64,000 bases of DNA, taken from NCBI GenBank assembly GCA_964016885.1, contig OZ024746.1, positions 17,608,001 to 17,672,000 on the forward strand, read 5' to 3'. The stretch's first letter is position 1, and each line of letters starts with the position of its first letter. The notes under the pieces were generated by a model that ran no database searches, had not been told where the DNA came from, and worked only from the letters and a program-made list of their open reading frames with translations. This document shows positions 1-10,745 of this stretch, piece after piece. Both the position numbers and the translations under genes were made by a program. Origin of the DNA: Eledone cirrhosa. Lineage: Eukaryota.

Positions 1-539
1 CAGTAAATCTGAAAAGTAGGCGTGTGTGTGTGTGGGGGGGGGGGGGTATAGTGCCCCCTTCCCCTGGAGACAGGGTCCGTATTCCAGGTATGAATAATAA
101 ACACGGCTGTAAACACCGAGGGTGGGGGTATGTGTGTATTGCCGTTCCCTATTTAAGTTAATTTTATTAATTTAACATTTTTATTTTTACATTCACTTAT
201 CTGTCTCTTTCCTTTATTGTGAAAAATTCATAGCCCCCCCCCCCCCTCTATATATATCTAGAGAGAGAGCCAGGAAGAGTTAATGTGGTAAATAAATATA
301 TACATATACATCAGGTCCAAACAATGGAACCAAACTCCCACTGTTACTGCCTCTGTCTCTCCCACTATTCTGAGAAAATGGGGAGGCCACCCATATTTGA
401 AGAGTTTACCTTCTTCGGCCCGAAGTGCAGCAGAGCTTGGGTTAGTCGCAGACTGCACCAAGTTGCCGCTGGAGAATGTGTCGCTGCATTTGTTTTGTTT
501 CTCAACTATAAGAGGTACTAGATACTTCCCCTAGTCTGT

Positions 540-760
540 CGTGGCTTACTACGATATTTAAAGGATGAGGACGTTGTGTGTGACTGTGGCATCGAACCAC
601 AGGCTACGCAGCACCTCGTAATATGCCTCTTGCTGGAACACACGTGCACAGCATTGGACTTGGCAGAATTAAATAAGAAAGGACAGCAATGTGTTCAGCT
701 GTGGCGGAACCACATGTAGCTAAGCTTTATAACTGACGCTCTTGTGGACACGACAAGAAG
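540..760 (+). mobile_element. 3' fragment of non-LTR retrotransposon (I-group/Ingi-Nimb-like zinc-knuckle C-terminus)
   Basis: Translates VCDCGIEPQATQHLVICLLLEHTCTALDLAELNKKGQQCVQLWRNHM* (CxC-x8-H-x3-C), followed by a short 3' tail. Confidence 0.55.
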
Positions 761-1422
761 CTCTATGCCGACGTTTAAATTGATTAAATAATTAAATTTT
801 AACAACTTAACTATCACCTTCGGCAATGCTGCCAAAAAACATTATTAGGAGACACCAGCACCTCTTATTGTGGACGGTATGGGGTTTAATGTGCGGATCT
901 TCTTCGCCACCTTTAAAAAATATTTTTTTCTTCTATTTCTTTTATTACTATGTATTTGTATAATCGTTCTTATTCATCAAATAAATTGCATTACCTTGAT
1001 AAATTCTCATATCATTAGTTACCGCTAATTATTCCTTGATAAATTATATATACCCAACGAATAAAAGAATAATCGATATACAGAAAATTACGTGAATTAA
1101 CAGGCCGAAGTTATAAAATATAAACTTAATATTATTCTAGATATAAAGTTATTAACATCACAACTAACTCGGTTGTGACATTGGAAAACGTGAATTAAGT
1201 ATTTTAAGTATGGTATTTATGGCAAAAATAAACCACACGAAATAACGTTTGTGTCTTTCTATTTAAAAATTAATAACAAAAGTTGACTTCTTTGCACTGA
1301 CCGGTAATTGATGACAGACAGATAGACACTTGTTGTTAGTAACAACAGCTGGTAGCAACTAAAACAACAACATAACACTTTCATTTCCTCCACGTGTTGT
1401 ATACTTTTGGATCTATAACTCT

Positions 1423-1768
1423 CGTTGTTGTTGTTGTTGTTGGTGGTGGTGTTGTGACAGTGGTAGTAGTAGTACTGGTGGTGGTTGTGGTGGTGACGAT
1501 GGTGGGGTTGGTGACGGTGATGCTGGTCGTAGTAGAGGTGTATATGGTGGTAATGGTAGTGGAGGTGTATGTGGTGGTAGTGGTGCTGGTTGTAGTGGTG
1601 GTGTATGTAGTGGTAGTCGTAGCGGTGCTGCTGGTCGTAGTGGAGGTGTATGTGGTGGTAGTGGTGCTGGTCGTAGTGGAGGTGTATGTGGTGGTAGTGG
1701 AGGTGTATGTGGTGGTAGTGGTGGTTGTCATAGGAATAGTGGTGAAGGTGGTGATGATGATGGTGATC
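1423..1768. repeat. (GTG/GTA)n-rich degenerate simple repeat
   Basis: Trinucleotide-based; produces Thr-rich and Val-rich pseudo-ORFs. Confidence 0.8.
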
Positions 1769-2199
1769 ATCGTTTTGTTTTTTAACAAACCTTGGTAGAT
1801 CTGATAGGTTGATCTCTATGGATCTCCACAGGAGAGAGATGGATATCTTTGTTGTTGTTGCTGTAGTTGTTGTTTAGCATCTAGTGGGCCTAATTAAGGG
1901 TGCACACACACAATATGTATATATAAACCTATATATTTTATATCACAAAGTGGGAACAATAGCATTGCTGTTGATAGTTTCTAAATTCCCATCCACTAAT
2001 TGTTAAAATTATATTTGGAAAAAAAACAAAAAAAAACAAAAAACAAAAAACAAACTGACGTAATTTTATTTTTTATTTATTTCTTATTTAATTGAATGAC
2101 TCACCTGGTTTTTACTTTTTCTTGTGTCAAGAGTTGCTACCAACAGATAATATCAGTTGGGGGGTGGGGGGGGGGGGGGGTGATGTCCACGGAAACAGT

Positions 2200-2604
2200 A
2201 AGTTTTCTTTTCGACAGATTGTGGAAATATTGTTAGTTTCTTTGGACAGACCATGGAAAGATAGTTTCCTGGGACAGACCGTGGAAAGATAGTTTTTTCC
2301 TGGACAGACCGTGGAAAGATAGTTTCCTGGGACAGACTGTGGAAAGATAGTTTTCCTGGACAGACCGTGGAAAGATAGTTTCCTGGGACAGACTGTGGAA
2401 AGATAATTTTCCTGGACAGACCGTGGAAATATAGTTTCCTGGGACAGAATCATGGAAAGATAGTTTCTTTGGACAGACCATGGAAATATAGTTAGTTTCT
2501 TTGGACAGACTATGAAAATATAGTTTTCTGGGACAGACCATGGAAATATAGTTTCCTGGGACAGACCAGAGAAAGATAGTTTTCCTGGACAGACCATAGA
2601 AATA
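2200..2604. repeat. Minisatellite, ~29-30 bp unit
   Basis: ggacagaccgtggaaagatagtttcctg, ~13 copies. Confidence 0.95.
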
Positions 2605-2792
2605 TTGATTCCTTGGTTTAATCTAAGGATTAACGCTTTCGTTCCTTCCTTTTGGTCAGTGTAAAGGTTTGTTTTGTATGATATATCTATAATCAATATT
2701 TCAATGGAGAAGTGACTCAGTAGTGTTGTATTGAGCTAAGTCCACTGGATAACCTTGTCACATTATTTGCTCTTGGATATTTCTTTTGCAGT

Positions 2793-3210
2793 TTAACACT
2801 TTCTTTACCATATTTCTAATGAAAAACACTACCTATGGTTTTCAAAAATAATCAAGAATTTGGAAAGATTTAGTAATAAGACTAACTTTCTCATTATTAG
2901 ACTGGTATTTGGAACATAACTTAAGAACATTTCTTACATAAAATTGTGATGGAAAGTTTTTAGATAAACAAACATTTTAACCCTTTCAGCTCTGGATTTC
3001 TAATCAAAGACACTGCCTATGATTTTGAGGGATTTAGTAATATAATGAACTTTTTCATTATTAAGCTAGTGTTTGAAACACAACTCATCAAAGGTTTTTA
3101 CATAAAATTATGCTGCAAGGTTTTCAGATAAATGTAAATGCTTTAAAATAAATAGCTTTGTGTTGTAGCACCAGGGACAGTTCAGGTGGTTTGGTATCGT
3201 GAATGTTCTG
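2793..3210 (+). mobile_element. Two tandem copies of a TTAA-CCC-ended dispersed repeat (piggyBac-like MITE)
   Basis: ttaac(a/c)ctttc...tttctaatgaaa..cact.cctatg..; related copies at ~12759-12980, 28200-28430, 41500-41755, 48770-48965, 53270-53390. Confidence 0.55.
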
Positions 3211-3284
3211 CTAAAGATTATCATAATCATTGTGACAAAAGGGAGCCCAACCTCTCTCCAGGTCTGATCACAGCTGATTATTTT

Positions 3285-3471
3285 GGTGAATTGAAAGTAT
3301 CGGTAGAGGGTTGGACGTCATGCTTTCTAGCATAGTTACGTCACTTTATGGTCTGAGTTCAAATCCCGTCGAGGTTAACTTTGCCTTTCATCCTTATGGG
3401 GTCGATAAAATAACGTACCAGTAATGTACTGGGTATTTGCTGGCCTTGTGCCAAAAGTAGAAACAATTATT
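3285..3471 (+). mobile_element. tRNA-derived SINE family 1 (rare plus-orientation copy)
   Basis: ctgagttcaaatcccg (B box), gcctttcatccttatggggtcgataaaataacgtacc core, gctggccttgtgcc..aaacaattatt tail. Confidence 0.85.
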
Positions 3472-3792
3472 TTAAGAAAATGAAGGATCAACCTCAGTAT
3501 TAAACTGGTACTTTATCAACCTTGAAATGATGAAATGCAAAGTTGACTATGGCCGGATTTAACCTCCTCAGTACTGTAGACGAGCTAACTCGTCCTAACA
3601 TGTATGCATTCCAGTGCCACAAACGAGATAACTTGTCCTAACATGTTTGAACTCATTTCCAACAGTTCATAACTTCAAAGCTAGATGGCGTTACTAGTTT
3701 ATTGATGTGACATTTGTCAATCATTCAGATATGTGTTGTTAATAAATGTTTGTTTAAAAAAATAGTCATTTTACTGAAAAAAAACCAGCACT

Positions 3793-3950
3793 GCAACTGT
3801 AGCTGTGTAAAATATACATGGCAGTCAACACAGCAACTGTAGCTGTGTAAAATATACATGGCAGTCAACACAGCAACTGTAGCTGTGTAAAATATACATG
3901 GCAGTCAACACAGCAACTGTAGCTGTGTAAAATATACATGGCAGTCAACA
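3793..3950. repeat. Minisatellite, 40 bp x4
   Basis: gcaactgtagctgtgtaaaatatacatggcagtcaacaca. Confidence 0.95.
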
Positions 3951-4862
3951 GGTGAAACTCAGCACAGAAACCAAGAATGAATCACATAAACTATTCTGAC
4001 AACTTTGATGATTTGATATGGATCGATACAAATCTACAATATCAAATCTGTCAACTTGTTAGGCATCTTTATTTATAGTGAACTTGATTATAGCAAAATT
4101 GCAGTTCCAGGAATCTAATCCTGGTAGTTCTTGTAATATTAATAATGGAGCAATTAACTATCTTGCATTTGGGGTAGGAGAACAAATTATGTTTTTGGTT
4201 TTTAGGAATAATATTAGTGGTCTAGCTTGTGCATGGCATATAAAAACTAAAGAGCAGTTTCTGAATATTTGGTGCCCTCTCCACAACCTCTCAACCCAGT
4301 TAAATTTTGAGAGGTATCTTTCTTCCTCTCCCATGAGCTAAAAGTAATCTTATTCCAGCTGGCAAATTGTTTTTTCAGAATCCTTGAACATGTGTCTTGT
4401 ATTGATATCATATGATTTTAAGCATTTGGAGGGGTTAATGGGCCAGTATTTGAGGTTGGAGAAGACATCAAGGTTGTGGTTTTTAAGGATATGAATTGAA
4501 GGCCAGTATATATCTTGTGTTGATATCTTGTGACTTCAAGCTTTGTGGAAACATACAAATAGAACTTACTTCCTGTAAATTCTTTAAAGAGGGAAAGATG
4601 ACTCTTAAAGTTTTTGGATCAAGAGGAAGTAATTAAATACTCCCACCCCATATATACACACACCCACGTATATATATATATATATACACATTTCTATACA
4701 TATATATATGATGATGATATGTATGTAGTTGATGGATGAGTGAAAAGAATTCTCAATACCGAAGTATATATATATATATATATATATATATCCATTTAAT
4801 GTGGTTAGCAGTGAGCTTTGTTACTCTGGAGTTTCACCTGCGCACTTGCAGGATCATCTTGT

Positions 4863-5048
4863 CAGGGTAGGCTGAAAAGTTCATAGGCTAACTAGGAAAG
4901 AGTGACGCTAGAGCTGTGAAATCTTGCATGCACTAATTTCAACTCTTCTTATTAATAACTGCATTGTTTCTTTTTTAAAAAACACCTCATTTGGTCATTC
5001 CATGGGAATATCTTGGTCAGCCTATGAAGTTTTCAGCCGACCCTCATG
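4863..5048. mobile_element. Tc1/mariner-like MITE
   Basis: TIRs agggtaggctgaaaagttcataggct / agcctatgaagttttcagccgaccct; TA flank. Confidence 0.7.
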
Positions 5049-5238
5049 TATATATATATATATAGGAAAAGGGTTAGGACCCCTACGGCCGTTTCGACAG
5101 CTAGTTCCGAACTCTACTATTCTAAGTATCGAGTACTCTGGTGTGTTTTGGTCCACCTGGTTCCTTACCACACTTTCTTTGTTATATATATATATATATA
5201 TATCCGAACTATATAAGGAACACTTGTGATTGTTTATG

Positions 5239-5275
5239 CCCTTGAGAAGCCCAACTGGGCGAAACGTACGTAGGT
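5239..5275 (+). ncRNA. Hammerhead-like motif, U3-A8 core variant
   Basis: cc-TTGAGAA-GCCCA-ac-TGGGC-GAAA-CGTACG-TA-gg; palindromic ACGTACGT stem III; AATAAA just downstream; stem I weak. Confidence 0.5.
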
Positions 5276-5363
5276 GATATTCTAAATAAACATGTTTTAA
5301 CGGTCTATTCTCCGATTTTTCACTTTCCCACGTATATATATACATCATCATCATCATCATCAT

Positions 5364-5690
5364 TTCATTTTACGTCCGTTTTTCCCTGCTTGCAAGGGTG
5401 GGACGGGAACTGATTCTGGCTTGATTTCTACAGCTGGATGCCCTTCCTAACACCAACCTCATTTACAGTGAGTGCTGGGTGCTTTTTTGCCGTGGCACCT
5501 CCAAGACCACTTTGCAGTGGAATGATAGAGACCCCAGTCCCTATCATCTCATTTCTACAGCTGAGTAAACTGGAGCAATGTGAAATAAAGTCTCTTGCTC
5601 AAGGAAACAACACATCACCCGGTCTGAGAATTGAACTCACAACCTTTCGATTGCAAGGCCAATGCTCTAACCACTAAGCCATGTGCCTCC
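5364..5690 (-). mobile_element. tRNA-derived SINE family 2 with RTE-derived tail
   Basis: Minus: ggaggcacatggcttagtggttagagc (A box)...gagttcaattct (B box)...ccttgagcaagagact...cccacccttgcaagcagggaaaaacggacgtaaaatg. Confidence 0.85.
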
Positions 5691-6204
5691 ATATATAATA
5701 ATAATAAAAATAATAATGAGTATAACCAAAGTTGCAGCTGTGAGTAGCAGATTCACAATCGATTTTTGAAGGCTGTCACAAAGCACTCAGTGAAAGAGTA
5801 ATCAACATAAGTTAGGTAATAGTGACACAATGAAAAATGTGACCAGAGGCGTATTGTCACCTTAATACTACAACAATGAAATATATATATATACATGTGT
5901 ATCTCGGGTTCAATCAGGGGTTACCACAATAAGTAAGGTACTCAATACATAGAGTATATAATGTTTAATATAGAAATGGCTTCTACAGGACTAGAACTTT
6001 TTCATTTGAAGGAAACAGTTCTAGTCCGGTAGAAGCATTTTCTCTCTCGAGAGAGAGAGCCATTTCGACAGTTCGGATCTAGCTGTCGAAACAGCTGGAG
6101 CTCAGCTGTCGGGGTCCCCACTCTTTTTCTATTACCCTCTCTACTACCCTAAGTATCGAGTACTCTGGTGTGTTATCGTCCATCTGGTATCTTATCACAC
6201 CTTC

Positions 6205-6650
6205 TTTCATCATCATCATCATTTTACGTCCGTTTTTCCCAGCTTGCAAGGATGGGACAGGTCCTATTCAGCACAGCATCTCTCCACTTGTCACGGTCCT
6301 TTGTCATCTCCTCCATAAGTTTCAGCGATCTGAGGTCTGCTCTCACCACCTCCACCCATGTTTTTCGTGGTCTACCTCTACCAAGTCTTCCTTCAACTGG
6401 CATTTCCTGGCACTTCTTCACCCATCGGTCATCCTCCATGCGCATCACATGTCCATACCACCTCAGTCACCTCTCTTGCACACTACATTCTATCCCTCTC
6501 AGACACAGTTTCTCTCTCAACACATTCATGCTGGGTCGTTCACGCACATTGACACTGCACATCCAACGGAGCATGTTTGCCTCATTTCTCTCTAGCCATC
6601 ATATATTCTCTGCAGTTGCTGTCCATGTCTCACTGCCATGCAGCATCGCT
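6205..6650 (-). mobile_element. RTE-clade LINE 3' fragment
   Basis: [36 protein letters not shown]; (ATG)n tail. Confidence 0.88.
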
Positions 6651-6898
6651 CTTTGTTATATATATATATATATATATATATATTTCGTTTCTGAATTTGT
6701 TTAGCAAGATTCTTTATCTGAAATCGTGTGTTGAAACCGATATTGTTATACTTTGGGAGGGTCATGTTGCCAATAAGAAACACACGCACCAGTTGCTTTC
6801 ACTTCAATTTAATTTATTATATATTTATAAATTTACAAATTTATAAATTTCTGGTTGGTTGGTTGGTTCCACAACCAGATAGTTGTTTATATATATAT

Positions 6899-6943
6899 AG
6901 TCATAGTTCTTTCGTCACACACTCTGTGACCTCTTCAGTGACT
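6899..6943 (-). ncRNA. Minimal hammerhead ribozyme motif (mirror copy)
   Basis: Reverse complement of 7185-7229 in the left arm. Confidence 0.7.
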
Positions 6944-7184
6944 GGGGATTTCTTTCTTCGTTTCTGTGCCTTTCCTTTCTTCTATCCTACGCCATTTTGT
7001 TTGTGTGTGGGTTGCGTGCTCAGTTTGCGCATGCGCCACATCCGGGTGTCTGTGTGTGTTTGTGACAAACACACACAGACACCCGGATGTGGCGCATGCG
7101 CAAACTGAGCACGCAACCCACACACAAACAAAATGGCGTAGGATAGAAGAAAGGAAAGGCACAGAAACGAAGAAAGAAATCCCC

Positions 7185-7229
7185 AGTCACTGAAGAGGTC
7201 ACAGAGTGTGTGACGAAAGAACTATGACT
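7185..7229 (+). ncRNA. Minimal type-I hammerhead ribozyme motif
   Basis: AGTCA-CTGAAGA-g-GTCACA-gagtg-TGTGAC-GAAA-G-aa-C-TA-TGACT: stem I AGUCA/UGACU, stem II 6 bp, stem III 2 bp. Confidence 0.72.
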
Positions 7230-7380
7230 ATATATATATAAACAACTATCTGGTTGTGGAACCAACCAACCAACCAGAAATTTATAAATTTGTAAATTTA
7301 TAAATATATAATAAATTAAATTGAAGTGAAAGCAACTGGTGCGTGTGTTTCTTATTGGCAACATGACCCTCCCAAAGTAT

Positions 7381-7420
<40 letters not shown>

Positions 7421-8023
7421 ATATATACATACATACACTGAAATTTCTGAATGAAAAATGGAAATGAAATAATGGAAATGAAATAATGAAAAGAAATATC
7501 CTCACCACAGAGCAATGTTCATGAGATATTTTATTTGTGATGTGAAGATAATGGCAAATAATATGGAAATAAAAATTAACTGAAGCCGAAGCTGAAAAAA
7601 TATTTACAATTACAATTATTTGTAATGATGAAAATAAATTTCAGAAAAAAAAAAAGTCGTTTGTTATTTATCATAGAGGAATTGATGAGTATTATGAAAA
7701 ATTCAGCAATGTAAAATTTATTGAAGTATGTTGTATTTTTTTTTTTTTTTTGGTTTGTTGTTGATATAAAAAAGCCCTTAAGTTTACAAATAATAGTATT
7801 ATTGTGTTGTTGCAAATCTTCATCAGCAAATGTTCATTTTTATTGCATCTTTTATTTATTTAATATGAAAGGAAGAGAGAAAAGAATATCAGTAAAAGCT
7901 AGAGAAAAAAAAATCAGCAGCATAATGTTTTTTTTAAAGGAAATTTAGACATATTGTTATTGTTGTTGTATTCTTTTTTAAACTGAGAATTTTACAACTA
8001 ACTCAAGCATGAAGAATAATAGT

Positions 8024-8041
8024 AATATATATATGTGTGTG

Positions 8042-8073
<32 letters not shown>

Positions 8074-8464
8074 ATATATATATATGTGTGTATATATATA
8101 TATATGTATATGTATATATAAATATATATGTATATATATATGTATATGTATATATATATATGTATATATATATGCATATGTATATATATACATATATATA
8201 TGTATATATATTATGTATATACATATATATATATTATGTATATACATATATATATATATATTATGTATATACATATATCTCTCTCTCTCTCTATATATAT
8301 ATATATAATGTATATACATATATATATATATTATGTATATACATACATATATATATATATATTATGTATATATATATATATTATGTATATATATGTATAT
8401 AAATATATATATATGTATGTATATGTATATACATATATATATATATATATACATATATATATAC

Positions 8465-8509
<45 letters not shown>

Positions 8510-8516
8510 CACACAC
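8024..8516. repeat. Long (TA)/(TG)/(CA) microsatellite
   Basis: Source of IYIY pseudo-ORFs. Confidence 0.97.
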
Positions 8517-8549
8517 GATTGTGGAAGATATGCAAGTGTGTAATACTAA

Positions 8550-8972
8550 TAATTGTTTCTACTTTAGGCACAAGGCCAGCAATTACCCAGTGCATTACTG
8601 GTACTTTACTTTTTATCAACCCCATAAGGATGAAAGGCAAAGTCAACCTCGGCGGGATTTGAACTCAGACTGTAAAGGGACGTAACTATGCTGCAAAGCA
8701 TGGCGTCCGACCCTCTACCGATACTGCCAATCCACTGCCCTGTGTAATACTATTAATGATTTCTAATTTGGGCACAAGGCCAGTAAAGTGAGAGGAGGGG
8801 AAAATCGATTTTATCGACCCCAATACTTAGCTGGTACTTTATTTTATCGACCTAGGAAGGATGAAAGGCAAAGTTGACCTTAGCAGGATTTGAACATAAA
8901 GAGAAGGTAAAGAGCCATAAATAAATACTGCAACGCATTTTGTCCGACGCTCTAACAATTCTACCAATCCCT
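8550..8972 (-). mobile_element. Two tandem SINE family 1 copies
   Basis: ggcacaaggccagc...ggatgaaaggcaaagtcaacc...ggatttgaactcag...gatactgccaatcc. Confidence 0.88.
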
Positions 8973-9444
8973 AATAATAATAATAATAATACTAATAATA
9001 AAAATAATAATAATAATAATACTTAAATTTTATAAAATGATAAGATTACAAGTTCTTCAATGTGTGTTTTAATACAATATTTGTTACAGATTTTGATTTA
9101 GTGAAAAAAATGAAAAAAAAAAAAAATCAAAAATTTTTATTAAAGCTGGAAAAAATATCATTGAGTCTTATCAATATGCTTTGTATGCTGGGCAAACTGA
9201 AAATGTCTTTAAAAGTAAGTTCAGACTTTAAAAACAAAGCTTCCCGAATAGTTTCCATTCAACTGCATGCTTCAGTGACATTTACAAACAGATTAAGGGT
9301 GTGTAAATCCATTTCCATACATTTATTTCAAATATGAAAATAAAATCTGATTCCTACGATCTTTAAAATAAAAGTGGGCTATATTTTTTTTCAGTGAAAT
9401 TAAATTTTCCCAGGAAGAATAAGCATTTTCTGTTTGCATATTTA

Positions 9445-9519
<75 letters not shown>

Positions 9520-9617
9520 GCTAAAGATGAAAAGTTCTTTTATATGAAGTGAAATTTGAAAAAAAACTGACAAATATAAAATGAAATATTTCCATGAATG
9601 AAAGAATAGAATGAATG

Positions 9618-9684
<67 letters not shown>

Positions 9685-9848
9685 CAAGAAAGAAAGAAAA
9701 TGAGATGAAAATTCAGCAGTTAATATTAATATTAAAATTATGAAGTTGAAGCCAATAAAAATGATGTAAGGACCATAATATCAAGTTGGCACTTAATGCA
9801 AAGGTTTATCATTTGATATATTTTGGTCAGAACATTATTAAACATATG

Positions 9849-9906
<58 letters not shown>

Positions 9907-10059
9907 CATATATATATATATAAATATATAGATATATGTATTTATGTGTGTGCATATATAATTGCAATAGAAAATGAATGAAAGGAATATAGTTATTTCT
10001 TTTAATAATAATTATTTCTAACATCAATACAAAGCCCAGAAATAATCAGGGCTGGGATA

Positions 10060-10745
10060 GGGGCTTGGGTAGATGACTTAACTGAAACCCTCCCCACCCC
10101 GGTATTCAGTGCTACTTTATTTTATGACCCCCCCCCCCCCCCCCCCCCCTCCCCTCCCGCACTCTCTCCAACCCGGAAATATGAAAGTCAAAGTTAGCAT
10201 TGGTGGGATTTTAACTCAGAATCTAAACAGTCAGAAAAAATGCCACGAGGCATCTCATCTTACTCTCTAACAATTCCACCTATCCACACCCATTGACTTG
10301 TACTTTCTCTTTTTTTAATAACCCCAAAAGTGTGAGAGGCAAAGTTGACCGTAGTGAAATTTGAATCCAGAAGATAATTTGGTGTTTGTCTGTCTCACTT
10401 ATAATTCTGCTAATATGCTGCCATATATTTTACCTTAATAATAAAAATAATGGTTTCTGATTTAGGTACAGGGCTAGCAATTTTTTGGGAGAGAAAAGTC
10501 GATTATAGCGACCCTTGGTATTTTATTTTATCAACCTCGTAAAGATGAAAGGCAATGCTAACCTTATAGGACTTGAACTCAGAACATAAAAGGTCATAAC
10601 TATATATCGCAAAGCATTTTGTCTGACACTCTACTGATACTGCCAATCTACTACCCTTAATAATAATGATAATGATTTTTAACAAAGGCAAAAGGCCAGA
10701 AATTTAACTGGTTCCTTATTTTATCGACCTGAAAAGGACGAAAAA
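10060..10745 (-). mobile_element. Cluster of degenerate SINE family 1 copies
   Basis: Repeated tgaaaggcaa / atttgaactcag motifs. Confidence 0.7.

Larger units (their letters stand above)
6683..7387. mobile_element. Fold-back element family A, copy 1 (Penelope-like/retrozyme-like, non-autonomous)
   Basis: Near-perfect palindrome 6741-7387 centred on 7064 (~320-bp arms), ~58-bp unpaired extension on the left, (TA)n on both sides, hammerhead motif in each arm. Confidence 0.75.

Noticed and set aside
1381-1798. Thr-rich mucin-like ORF / Val-rich ORF
   Set aside because: Trinucleotide simple repeat; no convincing splice context or neighbouring exons found
6935-7193. Identical 75-aa ORFs on both strands
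   Set aside because: Automatic consequence of the palindrome; no protein features
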